This document shows, piece by piece, positions 48,560 through 58,929 of a DNA stretch of 64,000 nt. Origin of the DNA: an uncultured Nitrososphaerota archaeon (GTDB taxonomy: Archaea; Thermoproteota; Methanomethylicia; Culexarchaeales; Culexmicrobiaceae); NCBI GenBank assembly GCA_964462875.1, contig CAYWZQ010000003.1, positions 64,189-128,188 of the forward strand, read 5' to 3'. How positions within the stretch are numbered: position 1 is the first letter of the stretch; every line of letters begins with the position of its first letter. The position numbers and the translations under genes are program-made. The notes under the pieces were generated by a model that saw nothing but the letters and a program-made list of their open reading frames with translations, was not told where the DNA came from and did not search any database.

Positions 48560-49636
48560 CTATTCCGAGAGCAGTTCTTTAAATAGCTCTATGAACATCA
48601 ATGCAATTTTACGGCTATTATGCTCTTCAGCAAATTTTTGAGCTTCTCTGATCACTCTCATCCAAGCGTTTTTATCTTCAATTAAAACCTCAATTTTATT
48701 CCTTAAATCTCGAGTACTTGAGTACTTGACGACGGGGCCGAAGCCTTGATTGTCGGTGGGTATGTCTTCCACATATCTTGAATCTCTAATTATTATTGGT
48801 GTTGGTGCTACTATTGTTTGATAAACAGTTGATGAAACGACAACCCTATTGGTAGTTCCCTTAGGTATCAAGTGGAGGTCTGCCATTGCAATTTTATTAA
48901 GTAGCTCCTCTAATGTCAATCTCCTTCTCAATTGAATAATCCAGCTTTCATCCAGGCTTAATGGGCTATTAGATCTCACAATCCAATATAATAAGTCATG
49001 CTTTCTCTTCAGTTCGCGCAGTACATTAATGAAATCCATATACTCTCTTGGAGGCTGTCTTCCAAAGCTGAAGAACAGGTACTTTCCTCTAGCGAAGCTC
49101 GGCTTACTTTTTCTTTCAACCTTAATGTTTGGGCATGGATACGGTATTATTCGAATCCTACTTCTATCAACACCATGTGGAGATAGTACCTCCCTAATAT
49201 ACCTTTCATCAAAAACCACCATCACGTCAATTCTCGCCTTAAGCAAATTGATGACTTCATCGCTGGAAGTGTTGTGTATGATTGCTATGATTTTAGCTTT
49301 TACTTTGCGAGTTATCTCGGCAAGATTGCCTGTTGGCAGTTTAACATGTGATTGAATCACTAGAATTTCAGGGTTATCTCTTAAGATTGGTTCTGGATTA
49401 ATCCATCCAAAATCGCCTTCACTGGGCTCCCAATAACACCTAGTAACCCATGGCTCATCCTTAGATTCAATAAGCTTGTGATGCCAATCTCTACTAGCAC
49501 TTTCAATTAATGGAGCATAAATCTTCAATTCATGACCCATTCTAACCCATTCCCTACCAATGAGCTCGGCATGAACTGAGACACCGCAAGTAGCATTCCA
49601 TCTAGAAATCATGCCTATTTTCAGTTTAATCACCAA
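48560..49636 (-). CDS. putative glycosyltransferase (GT-B-like, two Rossmann-type halves)
   Basis: 358 aa. N-terminus 'MISRWNATCGVSVHAELIGREW', weak similarity only. Confidence 0.3.
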   Translation of the reverse strand: MVIKLKIGMISRWNATCGVSVHAELIGREWVRMGHELKIYAPLIESASRDWHHKLIESKDEPWVTRCYWEPSEGDFGWINPEPILRDNPEILVIQSHVKLPTGNLAEITRKVKAKIIAIIHNTSSDEVINLLKARIDVMVVFDERYIREVLSPHGVDRSRIRIIPYPCPNIKVERKSKPSFARGKYLFFSFGRQPPREYMDFINVLRELKRKHDLLYWIVRSNSPLSLDESWIIQLRRRLTLEELLNKIAMADLHLIPKGTTNRVVVSSTVYQTIVAPTPIIIRDSRYVEDIPTDNQGFGPVVKYSSTRDLRNKIEVLIEDKNAWMRVIREAQKFAEEHNSRKIALMFIELFKELLSE

Positions 49637-49753
49637 GCTATCTCATACTATCGCTGAAACTTAAACTCTTCAATACTCACTGTATATCATTCATCTTAAT
49701 GCTCAGCTCATTACTTACCATAAAATATGTTGAGAAGGTACTTAGTACCTGGC

Positions 49754-50098
49754 TCATTTTATTGGTATTAGGCATAGAAATCTAAGTACTTTGCTGCCAG
49801 CATTAATTATTGTATGCTTAATATTCGGCGGAATGAATATGACGTAGCCTTCATCCACCTCGTAGCTCTTCTCTCCAATAACTACTTTCGCCTTTCCCTC
49901 GAGAATGAATATTTCGTGTTCCCATGGATGCCTGTGAAGTGGGGTGCATCCTCCAGCATCTACTTCAAACATTCTCAATGCAAAGTTTGGTGCTCCATCG
50001 CTTTTAGATATGAGCCACCTAACCCTAGTTTTCTTAGCACCCTCTTCAACAACATCTTTAGCTTCAACTGAACTGTAATGGACAACTTTCTCCTTCAA
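49754..50098 (-). CDS. cupin-domain protein
   Basis: 'TPLHRHPWEHEIFILEGKAKVVIGEKSYEVDEGYVIFIPPNIKHTIIN' gives the two cupin motifs. Confidence 0.7.
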   Translation of the reverse strand: MKEKVVHYSSVEAKDVVEEGAKKTRVRWLISKSDGAPNFALRMFEVDAGGCTPLHRHPWEHEIFILEGKAKVVIGEKSYEVDEGYVIFIPPNIKHTIINAGSKVLRFLCLIPIK

Positions 50099-50223
50099 CC
50101 AATATCACCACAGTGATTTACGCTTAATTTGCTTATTTAAGCTTTGATATTGAGAATTGAGTTGCAGGTCAAAGTTAATTAGAGTATTTGCTTAACTTAC
50201 CAATGAAGGTTTGAGGGTGAGGA

Positions 50224-50562
50224 TTGAATAGTATGGCTGGAAGGGGTCCATGGAGATGGCAATGGAGGAGAGGTGGCCCGGGTAGGCCACCTAAACCTAG
50301 ATTCATAGGTGTTAAGCCCAAGGCAGTAATGTTTGTGCCCTATGATGAGTATAGGACTCCCATACGAAATAAACCAGTAACCTTAACTCCCGATGAAGTT
50401 GAGGCTATGAGGCTAGTATATTTGAATAAGATGACTCAAGAGGCGGCAGCCAAAATGATGGGTTTATCTAGAGGATCGCTTTGGAGATGCCTTGAGAGCG
50501 GTAGGAGGAAGCTTATTCAAGCAATTATTGAGGGTAGGCCGATTATAATATCGCTATTCTAG
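50224..50562 (+). CDS. DUF134/UPF0251-family HTH protein
   Basis: 'LTPDEVEAMRLVYLNKMTQEAAAKMMGLSRGSLWRCLESGRRKL' is a sigma-70 region-4-like HTH characteristic of DUF134. Confidence 0.55.
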   Translation: MNSMAGRGPWRWQWRRGGPGRPPKPRFIGVKPKAVMFVPYDEYRTPIRNKPVTLTPDEVEAMRLVYLNKMTQEAAAKMMGLSRGSLWRCLESGRRKLIQAIIEGRPIIISLF

Positions 50563-50625
50563 CTGAATTTTGTGTTATTGCACAAAATTTATAAGCACAT
50601 TGATTCCCCTATTTGCTGGTGAAGT

Positions 50626-51444
50626 ATGAAGTTCTTGGTGCCCTTAAGTAGTAATGACGGTTTAAACTCGATTGTATCAAGTCACTTCGGTCGAGCTCCA
50701 TACTATGGAGTAGTGATCGTTACACTTGATGGCCGGTTTGAGTTTAAAATTAAGAGTGCAAGTACAGTTCATGGAGAGTCGTGTGGAGCTACAGATTTAG
50801 TTGAGAAGTTTGATGTTGATGCAGTTGTAGTTAAGGGTATTGGGCCGAGAGCAATAGCTGCACTTCAATCAACTGGAGTGAAAATTTACTCTACGAATGG
50901 TAGGACATTGAAGGATGTAATTGATGAGGCTTTAAATGGTAAGCTTAAGCCACTAACAAGTAGTGTGGGCGTTGAGTTGATGAGGGAGAGTAGAGGTTAT
51001 GGTAGGAGGAGAATGCTCTACGCATATCCACCACCTCCACCAATGTATCCACCTCCAATGTACCCATCACCTATGCAGCCACCAGCATACCAGCTTGCAC
51101 CTCGACAGTTGAGAGCTGGAAGAATTAAAGTGGCAGTTGCATGTGAGGGTAGAGGTGGTCTAGACGACTTAGTTTCAATGAGGTTTGGCAGAGCTCCAAC
51201 ATTCACCATACTTGAAGTTGAAGCTGGTCAAATTAAGAATGTGAGTGTAGAGTACAATCCATATGTGAATCAGCCTCATGGAGTTGGAATAGCAATTTCA
51301 CAGTACTTTGCAAGTAAAGGTGTAAATGTAGCTGTTGCTGGTAGATTTGGGCCGAATGCAATGCAGGTACTTCAAAGTTTAGGTATAAGAGTCGTTCAAG
51401 TACCACCAGGAATTAGAGTTAGAGATGTCTTGAGGTATCTGTAG
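50626..51444 (+). CDS. tandem NifX/NifB-like (Nitro_FeMo-Co / dinitrogenase Fe-Mo cofactor family) domain protein with Pro-rich linker
   Basis: Domain 1 is 'FGRAPYYGVVIV...VDAVVVKGIGPRAIAALQSTGVKIY'. Domain 2 is 'FGRAPTFTILEVE...NVAVAGRFGPNAMQVLQSLGIRVV'. The linker is 'YPPPPPMYPPPMYPSPMQPPAYQ'. Confidence 0.6.
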   Translation: MKFLVPLSSNDGLNSIVSSHFGRAPYYGVVIVTLDGRFEFKIKSASTVHGESCGATDLVEKFDVDAVVVKGIGPRAIAALQSTGVKIYSTNGRTLKDVIDEALNGKLKPLTSSVGVELMRESRGYGRRRMLYAYPPPPPMYPPPMYPSPMQPPAYQLAPRQLRAGRIKVAVACEGRGGLDDLVSMRFGRAPTFTILEVEAGQIKNVSVEYNPYVNQPHGVGIAISQYFASKGVNVAVAGRFGPNAMQVLQSLGIRVVQVPPGIRVRDVLRYL

Positions 51445-52338
51445 TTGACTAGGGAAATTGTAGTTGTTAGTGGTAAGGGTGGAGTTGGAAAGACAACTGT
51501 TTCAGCGAGTCTAGCATATTACCTGCACAGTGAAGGTTACAGTATAGTTGCTTCAGATGCTGATGTCGATACTCCAAGTCTCAAACTCCTACTACCAATT
51601 AAGAGGGATGTTTACAGAGAGGACATTGAAATTTCAACTAAAGCAGTGATAGATGAGAGTAAGTGCACTAAGTGCCTTAAATGCCTAGAGTACTGCAGTT
51701 ATGGAGCAATTGAGGTGGGTTTAGATGGCTATCCTAAGGTAATTAGGTACATGTGCGAGGGATGTGGAGTATGCAAGTTGGTGTGTCCAAGTGGAGCTGT
51801 AAAGTTGGTTAAAGCTAAAACTGGAGAGCTAGTAATTGCTGAAACAAAATACGGTTTTCCAATGGTTACAGCTCAACTTGAAGTTGGAGAGCACAATTCA
51901 GGACTATTAGTTGGTGCAGTTAGAAATAGAGCTTCAAACTTATCCGAGGAGAGAAGTGCAGATTTCATATTGACTGATGGTGCTCCAGGGATAGGTTGTC
52001 CGGTAATAGCTGCACTTGTAGGTGCGAGCTACACTATAATAGTAGTTGAACCAACACCACAGTCGCTTCAAGGGGCATTGAGAGTTAAGGGAGTAGCAGA
52101 TCATTTTAAAGTTCCATCAGGAGCAATAATAAATAAGAGCAATATAAGTAGCTATGTAAATGAAGTGAGAAGAGCACTTAGGGCATCTGGAGTCGATGTT
52201 TTGGGTGAAGTTCCATTAGACTATGAAGTTTTAAGGGCAATTGCATTTAGAATGCCAATTCTAGAATTTAATAGGAATTCTAGGGCTTCAAGATCGCTAC
52301 TAGTTGCATTTAAAAACTTAATGGATGTGTTACCATGA
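51445..52338 (+). CDS. MinD/Mrp-superfamily P-loop ATPase with inserted 2x[4Fe-4S] ferredoxin domain
   Basis: Deviant Walker A 'VSGKGGVGKTTVSASLA'. Ferredoxin motifs 'CTKCLKCLEYCSYGAI' and 'CEGCGVCKLVCPSGAV'. Confidence 0.75.
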   Translation: MTREIVVVSGKGGVGKTTVSASLAYYLHSEGYSIVASDADVDTPSLKLLLPIKRDVYREDIEISTKAVIDESKCTKCLKCLEYCSYGAIEVGLDGYPKVIRYMCEGCGVCKLVCPSGAVKLVKAKTGELVIAETKYGFPMVTAQLEVGEHNSGLLVGAVRNRASNLSEERSADFILTDGAPGIGCPVIAALVGASYTIIVVEPTPQSLQGALRVKGVADHFKVPSGAIINKSNISSYVNEVRRALRASGVDVLGEVPLDYEVLRAIAFRMPILEFNRNSRASRSLLVAFKNLMDVLP

Positions 52339-53222
52339 AAAGCATAATTATAGCTGTAACTGGCGGTAAAGGTGGAGCAGGCAAATCAACCATAGCAGTG
52401 AATTTAGCAGTAGAGCTGGCTAATGAAATGAGAGTGCTGTTAATTGATGCAGATGTCGATAATCCAAACGACTCTACTCTACTTGGAGTGAAAACTATTA
52501 AGGTGAGCGATATAACGTCATTTGCACCTGAAATTGACCAATTTAAATGCATTAGATGTGGTTCATGTGTTAAAGTATGCCCTGAACATGCATTAGTAAT
52601 GAGGTCGGGGAACCCACCAATAGTTTTCGTAGATAGGTGCTCGGGATGTAGGGCATGCTACATAGTATGTGAAGCTGGTGCTATTAGTGATAGAGGAAAA
52701 ATTTTAGGTGAAATATTTGAGGCTGAAACTGAGGGCTTGAAGTTAATTGGAGCTAAAATTAGAATTGGTGAAGCTAGATCACCAATTGTCGTGAAGCAGT
52801 TAATGAACTACGTAGATGGTATTATTGATGGCTTTGAAATTGCGATTATTGATACTGCACCGGGAATACAGAACACGGTTATTCAAGCACTTATGAAGTC
52901 CAAGTATGCATTAGTTGTAACTGAGCCAACTCCATTAGGCCTATACACCTTAAAGCTTATGACCAGAGCACTTGAAAAACTAGTTTTACCGAGAAGCCTT
53001 ATAATCAATAGGTCAAACATTCCAAGCTCAATTAAAAGTGAAGTAGAAAGCTACGCTAAGAATTTCGGTTTTGAAGAGATATTTGAAGTACCATATGACG
53101 AGAGTTTTATTGCAGCATCTATTGAAGGTAGACCAGCAGTCAAGGCTTATCCATTAGCGGCTGGGTCTAAGGCGATAAGGGGAATAGCAGAATTCATTAA
53201 GCAATTTTTTAATGAAGTTTAA
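52335..53222 (+). CDS. MinD/Mrp-superfamily P-loop ATPase with inserted 2x[4Fe-4S] ferredoxin domain (paralog)
   Basis: 'VTGGKGGAGKSTIAVNLA', 'CIRCGSCVKVCPEHAL' and 'CSGCRACYIVCEAGAI', with a 4-nt overlap to the upstream paralog. Confidence 0.75.
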   Translation: MKSIIIAVTGGKGGAGKSTIAVNLAVELANEMRVLLIDADVDNPNDSTLLGVKTIKVSDITSFAPEIDQFKCIRCGSCVKVCPEHALVMRSGNPPIVFVDRCSGCRACYIVCEAGAISDRGKILGEIFEAETEGLKLIGAKIRIGEARSPIVVKQLMNYVDGIIDGFEIAIIDTAPGIQNTVIQALMKSKYALVVTEPTPLGLYTLKLMTRALEKLVLPRSLIINRSNIPSSIKSEVESYAKNFGFEEIFEVPYDESFIAASIEGRPAVKAYPLAAGSKAIRGIAEFIKQFFNEV

Positions 53223-53261
53223 TAAACTAGCTATACGTGAATATTTGTTACGCTTTTCCCA

Positions 53262-53522
53262 TTATCCCCCAGTTGCTGGTGGTATCACTGTCACTTCATC
53301 ATCATCATCATTAACGGGTGTATTTGGACTTGCAGTTCTATTGTTTAATAGAACAATGATGGGTCCCTCCCCCCTCAAATCAATTTTTCTAAGTATTGGC
53401 CACTTATCCATCATTAATTCCACCAATTCACCTAAAGTACATTGCCGATTAACTTCGAGAACTGAAGCGTTAACTCCAATCATATCCCTGAGATATGATA
53501 GAAATCTTACTCTAACCCTCAT
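53262..53522 (-). CDS. MoaD/ThiS-family ubiquitin-like sulfur-carrier protein (C-terminal GG)
   Basis: 86 aa ending '...EVTVIPPATGG'. Beta-grasp pattern 'MRVRVRFLSYLRD...VLLNNR'. Confidence 0.6.
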   Translation of the reverse strand: MRVRVRFLSYLRDMIGVNASVLEVNRQCTLGELVELMMDKWPILRKIDLRGEGPIIVLLNNRTASPNTPVNDDDDEVTVIPPATGG

Positions 53523-53700
53523 CAGTAATCAAAGCAGTTAGAGCATCTAAATATAAATTTTGACCGCATGTATTTAGCTCCGATGATTAAAGCCTCAAGC
53601 ACTCTAAATCATGAAAGAACAGTTAAACACTGATTAATGTGGTACTTAATTTTCGCAAATCTTATATTTAATCTTGACTAACACTTTAATGGGGATATAA

Positions 53701-54054
53701 TTGAAAACCTATGTTAAAATTTATGGGCCACCAATACTTGAAGCATTAAAGGCTTTGGAGAGAGTTGCTATTGAAATATCTAAGGAGCTACCTGAAGTAT
53801 GCTTCTATGACATTCTGGGTGCATCTGCAATACCCTTAGAAGAAGAAACTATGCATATTCTTGGATTATCTAGTGAAGAAGCTAGAGTTTATCGTGAAAA
53901 GTTAATTAGTAAGAGTGGATGGACCTTAGGCGACTATGACTTTTACTTTGAATGGACAAGGCCACCGACATTTGAGCAACTAAAGAAGCTGATAGCTAAA
54001 ATAGATGAGGCACTAAAGCCACTTGGCTGCCGATACACAGTTACAACCAAATAG
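53701..54054 (+). CDS. hypothetical protein
   Basis: 117 aa with no motif. Confidence 0.3.
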   Translation: MKTYVKIYGPPILEALKALERVAIEISKELPEVCFYDILGASAIPLEEETMHILGLSSEEARVYREKLISKSGWTLGDYDFYFEWTRPPTFEQLKKLIAKIDEALKPLGCRYTVTTK

Positions 54055-54237
54055 CAAATGAAAGCTCCAGTTAAGTTGTACCCCGAAGCCCTCAACTCTT
54101 ATCTTTTATATTCATTAATTAAAACATAATCACACGCAGAAACTTCAACATAAAGCTTTAATCCTAAAGATTTAGAAGTTTAGAGCGAAACTTATCAGTT
54201 TCCATGCCAGTTGGCTGGACAGGCGGGGAATTGATCT

Positions 54238-54813
54238 GTGATAGATTTGCCAATTATCGTTAAAGCATTCATATTAATCAGCTTAGCTGAATTTGCAGAT
54301 AAAACTCAAATTGCAGCAATGCTACTTGCATCAAAATTTGATTGGAGGCAGGTATTTATTGGTGGCTTTATAGGTTTTATGACGGTTAACTTACTATGCT
54401 TAATTGCCGGGGTCTGTGTTGGTTCAGTAATTTCAATTTTTTGGGCCAAGATCATGTCATCTCTTCTATTAATTCTATTCGGTTTACTTTCAATTAGAAG
54501 TGAGCAAGGGTTATCTATTAACTTAACTTCAAGCAAATCCGCTCTAGTCACTTCAGCATCCATCATAGCCTCAATGGAGCTAGCAGATAAGACAAATTTA
54601 GCCGTTGTAGCTCTATCTATTAAGACACCCAATGCTACTTCAATTTTAATTGGAGTTTCCCTATCAGCTTTATTAATGATGTTCACAAGCTCAGTGATTG
54701 GCAGTAGGATTAGTGGTTTCATGAAGTTTAAGGCTATTAAAGTTGCTTCATCAATTGTATTCATAGCTCTAGGAGTCTATATTCTGCTTGAAGCTTTCAA
54801 CCTATTACCATAG
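54238..54813 (+). CDS. UPF0016 (Gdt1/TMEM165) family cation transporter
   Basis: Two E-x-G-D-[KR]-[TS] repeats, 'LAEFADKTQIAAM' and 'SMELADKTNLAVV', in a 6-TM protein. Confidence 0.6.
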   Translation: MIDLPIIVKAFILISLAEFADKTQIAAMLLASKFDWRQVFIGGFIGFMTVNLLCLIAGVCVGSVISIFWAKIMSSLLLILFGLLSIRSEQGLSINLTSSKSALVTSASIIASMELADKTNLAVVALSIKTPNATSILIGVSLSALLMMFTSSVIGSRISGFMKFKAIKVASSIVFIALGVYILLEAFNLLP

Positions 54814-54877
54814 AAATTTAAATATTAATCATGTAAATTTCATAATTAGAGTGAAGTTTATATGTCGAGGTGCTCTA

Positions 54878-55819
54878 ATGACTAAGATTGCTGTTGAAGT
54901 GAAGATGGTTTCTAAGTATTACGGTAAATTTGAAGCTGTAAAGAACGTTTCATTTGAAGTTTTTGAAGGTGAAGTTTTCAGCTTGCTGGGTCCAAATGGA
55001 GCTGGAAAGACAACTCTCATGTCAATGATAGCTGGAATACTTAAACCTTCAAGTGGCGAAATTTATGTTAAAGGTTTAAATATAGCTGAGCACTCAATTG
55101 AAGTTAAAAGTTTAATTGGTTATTGTCCTCAAGAACCGATAGTTTACGATTTACTGACTGGAGAAGAGAACCTACTATACTATGCAGGTCTATACGGCTT
55201 ACCTAGAAGTGAGGCGAGGAGAAGAGCTAGAAGTCTCCTCGAACTAGTTGAGTTGAAGGATTGGAGTAAAAAACTAGTTAAGAAGTACTCTGGTGGGATG
55301 AAGAAGAGGTTAAGTTTAGCTATAACTCTAATCCACAATCCAGAAGTGCTATTACTAGACGAGCCTACAACTGGTTTAGATCCGGGAATTAGGAGAAGTA
55401 TTTGGAGTTTAATTGAGAAGTTGAAGAGTGAAGGTAAAACTGTGATACTTGCAACCCACTACATGGATGAAGCTGACATTCTTTCAGATAGAGTTGCAAT
55501 AATGCATGAAGGTAGAATTGTAGCTTTAAACTCTCCAAGTAATCTCAAGAAAATTGTCGGCCCATACTCAGTTATAGAATTAAAAATTAAACGTGCACCA
55601 AGCAATTCAATTGAAGTTTTAAAGCAGTACTCTGAAACTGGTCAAGTTTTACATCGAAATGATACATACAAGGTTTACACTAGAGATCCAGACAGTGTAT
55701 TACCTAAAGTCATAGGTGAAGTCATTAATTGTGGAGGTAAAGTTGTGGAAGCACATGTTTCTGAACCTACACTTGAAGATGTATTCTTGAAGTTAACTGG
55801 GAGGAGGCTTGAAGAGTGA
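54878..55819 (+). CDS. ABC transporter ATP-binding protein (ABC-2 type)
   Basis: Walker A 'LLGPNGAGKTTL', signature 'YSGGMKKRLSLA' and Walker B 'VLLLDEPTTGLD'. The start is taken at the internal ATG (MTKIAVEV) after the upstream gene's stop. Confidence 0.85.
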   Translation: MTKIAVEVKMVSKYYGKFEAVKNVSFEVFEGEVFSLLGPNGAGKTTLMSMIAGILKPSSGEIYVKGLNIAEHSIEVKSLIGYCPQEPIVYDLLTGEENLLYYAGLYGLPRSEARRRARSLLELVELKDWSKKLVKKYSGGMKKRLSLAITLIHNPEVLLLDEPTTGLDPGIRRSIWSLIEKLKSEGKTVILATHYMDEADILSDRVAIMHEGRIVALNSPSNLKKIVGPYSVIELKIKRAPSNSIEVLKQYSETGQVLHRNDTYKVYTRDPDSVLPKVIGEVINCGGKVVEAHVSEPTLEDVFLKLTGRRLEE

Positions 55820-57099
55820 GATTTTCAGCCATATACGCGATTTTCATGAAGGGTGCTAAGGAGGTTTTGAGAGAGCCTGAAGTTATCTTCTGGATCATTG
55901 TTTTCCCAATGATGTACCTCTGCATATCAACTATATGGGTTAAACCTCCATCAGCTATAACCCTAAACTTAGGTGTCGTCTATGCTGATGAAACAATTAA
56001 CAATTACAGGCTTAATGCAACAACTATAGTTGAAATCCTAAATGAAACAGTTATGGATGACACTAAGATCTTCAATATTAGAGTTTATGGAAGTGAAGTT
56101 GAGGGTATTGAAGCTGTTAGAGCTGGTAAAATCGATTTATGCATAATATTTCCAAACAGGTTTTCAATGAACTTGACTTGGGGTTTTCCAGCTAAGCTCA
56201 AAGTTTACATTGGAACTGGCAATATGCAAAGAGCTCAATTTGCAGAGGGTTTCATTAGGGGTATTCTAAGTAGGTTCTCTGAGAAATTAGCTCTAACTAG
56301 AGCTGAAATTCCAGTGAAGTACCTCGAGAAGTACCCTATTAACTTCACTGCACCAGTTAATGTGACAGTTCTAGTTGAAGCAATTAAGCTATGGATTCTG
56401 GGTTTAGCTCAACCACTCAATGTAACCTACACCAAAGTTACACCTAAGATTGGTAGATGGAGTTGGGAGGAGGGTATGGGTTGGATGACTCTAGCAATGA
56501 TTGGCGTAATGTTTCTCTTTGCAGGTATGCTTTCAGCAGCAGTTGCAATAGCTGAGGAGAGGGAGAGGGGTACGCTACGTAGATTACTTGCAGCACCAAT
56601 TTCTCCATGGGATGTACTGCTCGGCTACACTTTAGCAATCCTCTTCGAGCAAGCACTATCAATAGCTGCAACCGTTCTATTTGGAACCATAGCTCTACAC
56701 GCTAAAATTATTTGGAACCCCATTGAAAAACCAGTTCACATACTCATTCCAGTAATCTTCCTACTAATGGGGTTGTTCTCAATTGGACTAGGATTAATAA
56801 TATCAATGTTTTGTAGGACAACTAAAGCTGCAGTAGCTATATGCCAAGCTATTAGCTGGCCATTAATGTTCATAACTGGAATTACTATACCAAAATTCAT
56901 GCTGCCATCACCGCTTAGAAGTTTAGCCGATGTATTTCCAATTTCACTTGCAATTGAGAGTGTTAGGAGAGTTGTTGTTTACGGTGAAGGTTGGAGTGCA
57001 ATAGTTCCTGTAATTCCATACTTAATTGTAGTGAGCTTTACAGTCTACTTCATTGGTGCAATCGCCTACAGTAGGATTGTCGCTAAGGTAATGCTATAG
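55816..57099 (+). CDS. ABC-2 type transporter permease
   Basis: 427 aa with an N-terminal TM, a large extracytoplasmic loop and a C-terminal 5-TM bundle, overlapping the ATPase stop by 4 nt. Confidence 0.65.
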   Translation: MRFSAIYAIFMKGAKEVLREPEVIFWIIVFPMMYLCISTIWVKPPSAITLNLGVVYADETINNYRLNATTIVEILNETVMDDTKIFNIRVYGSEVEGIEAVRAGKIDLCIIFPNRFSMNLTWGFPAKLKVYIGTGNMQRAQFAEGFIRGILSRFSEKLALTRAEIPVKYLEKYPINFTAPVNVTVLVEAIKLWILGLAQPLNVTYTKVTPKIGRWSWEEGMGWMTLAMIGVMFLFAGMLSAAVAIAEERERGTLRRLLAAPISPWDVLLGYTLAILFEQALSIAATVLFGTIALHAKIIWNPIEKPVHILIPVIFLLMGLFSIGLGLIISMFCRTTKAAVAICQAISWPLMFITGITIPKFMLPSPLRSLADVFPISLAIESVRRVVVYGEGWSAIVPVIPYLIVVSFTVYFIGAIAYSRIVAKVML

Positions 57100-57133
57100 C
57101 TGGAGGTTGTTGTGAACTTGAATTGCTGACTTG

Positions 57134-58903
57134 CTAGTGTTCATGCTTCAAGACTTTACCAGCTCTCTTACCCGTGTGTTCACCTTTATCAACAACTATT
57201 TCGCCATTAACTAGAACGTACTCGATACCTCTCGGAGGCTTTCTAGGTTCAATGTAATCTTCACTGTCACTGAGCTTCTCAAAGTTCATTAAGACTATAT
57301 CTGCCCATGCACCTTTCCTAATTATCCCCCTATCCTTCAATCCAAGTTTCTTGGCAGGCATGGATGTAACTTTCATAACTGCCTCTTCGAGTGAAAGCAC
57401 TCCCATCTCCTTAACGTACTTTCTGAAGAATCTTGGATAAGCATTGTAAGTGTTTGGATGTGGTAAATAGTATGGTGGATACTTTACCTCCCACTTAAAG
57501 TCTAATGCGAAAGTGTCTATTCCAATCATTGCAAGTGGATGCTTAATGTAAATGGGGACTTCATGCTCACTAATAATTTGTCCACGTCTAACTTTCGCAT
57601 TTGGATCTTCAATCACCAAGTTCATTAACGTGTCTAGTGGATCTTCATTTCTACTCTTAGCAATTTCACCAATAGTTTTACCAACGTAGCTTTCGTTTTT
57701 GTGAGCTAAAATCCTCATTTTATCCATCCAGAGCGGATCAACTTTCGGATTCAAGTACCTGAACTTTCCAGCTCTAATAGCTTCCTTGACTTCATCTCTA
57801 AACTCCTTAATCTTCAAATTCCTAATTAACGCCTCAATTGATCCGAGCTCTATTAGCCATGGAGTTAAGTAGCTCACTAACCTAGGTATAATGAATAGTC
57901 CACCATCAACATTGGGTATGACATCAAACGTTACGTCAACTCCTTCACTACGTGCTTTCTCGATTACTTCAAGTGTAGCTTTAGCTTGAGCTTCCTGGAG
58001 CACTTTAGGTGGTAGCGGTTGAACTGTATAAACCGAATATATGTGTGATATTTGCAGGCTCACACCTGTCTTCTTGGCTATCTCTATTGCTTCAATTAAC
58101 CCCTTCACTCTATCTCTACTCCAATCACCAGTCCTATAACCTGACCTCCAGTGAGTGAAGTATAGTCCACCATACTCCTTAACAACTTTCACCAACTCAA
58201 CGATCTCGCTTGTATCAGCGTAAGCACCTGGAATGTAATCCAATCCAGTTGACATTCCAAATGCACCAGCCTCCATAGCTTCAGCAACTAGCTTCCTCAT
58301 CTCCTCTATCTCTTCAGGTCTAGCTTTCCTCTTGAAATCCTTCTCCATAACTGCAGCTCTAACAGTATTGTGACCAATTAGGGGAATGTAGTTTACTGAA
58401 ATACCTGTCTGCTCAACTCTACTTAGAAACTCACTGAAGCTCCTCCAGTCAATTGACCAGCCATACTTCTCCTTTAACTTCTCATTAACCTTCTCAATTG
58501 GCTGAATTACATCTGGATCATACTTGTAAGGTGCAATTTCATGCCACCAATCAAATTCCCAGAAGCTCATCAGCCAAACATTCTTAATTGGTGCAGGTGA
58601 AAATCCGCAGTTACCACCAACAATCGTTGTCACTCCTTGAAGCACGTAGTTTTCAGCTAAAGGGTACTGTAGTATCGTTAAATCACCATGTGCATGTATA
58701 TCTATGAAGCCTGGCGTAGCTATCAATCCACTAGCCTCAATAATTCTCTTCGCATCACCTCTCACATCACCAATCTCAGCAATCCTGCCATTAACAATTG
58801 CAATTGAAGCTCTCCTAGCAGGTTGACCTGTGCCATCAATTACTAGTGCATTTCTAATTATAATGTCGTATTCCAAACTTGAAACCTCCAAAGCAATTCG
58901 CAC
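57134..58903 (-). CDS. D-aminoacylase / N-acyl-D-amino-acid deacylase family amidohydrolase
   Basis: 'YDIIIRNALVIDGTGQPARRASIAIVNGRIAEIGD...ATPGFIDIHAHGD' is the metal-binding HxH of the Amidohydro_3 D-aminoacylase family. Confidence 0.7.
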   Translation of the reverse strand: MRIALEVSSLEYDIIIRNALVIDGTGQPARRASIAIVNGRIAEIGDVRGDAKRIIEASGLIATPGFIDIHAHGDLTILQYPLAENYVLQGVTTIVGGNCGFSPAPIKNVWLMSFWEFDWWHEIAPYKYDPDVIQPIEKVNEKLKEKYGWSIDWRSFSEFLSRVEQTGISVNYIPLIGHNTVRAAVMEKDFKRKARPEEIEEMRKLVAEAMEAGAFGMSTGLDYIPGAYADTSEIVELVKVVKEYGGLYFTHWRSGYRTGDWSRDRVKGLIEAIEIAKKTGVSLQISHIYSVYTVQPLPPKVLQEAQAKATLEVIEKARSEGVDVTFDVIPNVDGGLFIIPRLVSYLTPWLIELGSIEALIRNLKIKEFRDEVKEAIRAGKFRYLNPKVDPLWMDKMRILAHKNESYVGKTIGEIAKSRNEDPLDTLMNLVIEDPNAKVRRGQIISEHEVPIYIKHPLAMIGIDTFALDFKWEVKYPPYYLPHPNTYNAYPRFFRKYVKEMGVLSLEEAVMKVTSMPAKKLGLKDRGIIRKGAWADIVLMNFEKLSDSEDYIEPRKPPRGIEYVLVNGEIVVDKGEHTGKRAGKVLKHEH

Positions 58904-58929
58904 TTAAAATTAACTCAATTAAACTATAA

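Noticed and set aside
53212-53541. 109-aa plus-strand ORF
   Set aside because: It is antisense to the MoaD-like gene, which has a clean beta-grasp pattern and a GG terminus.
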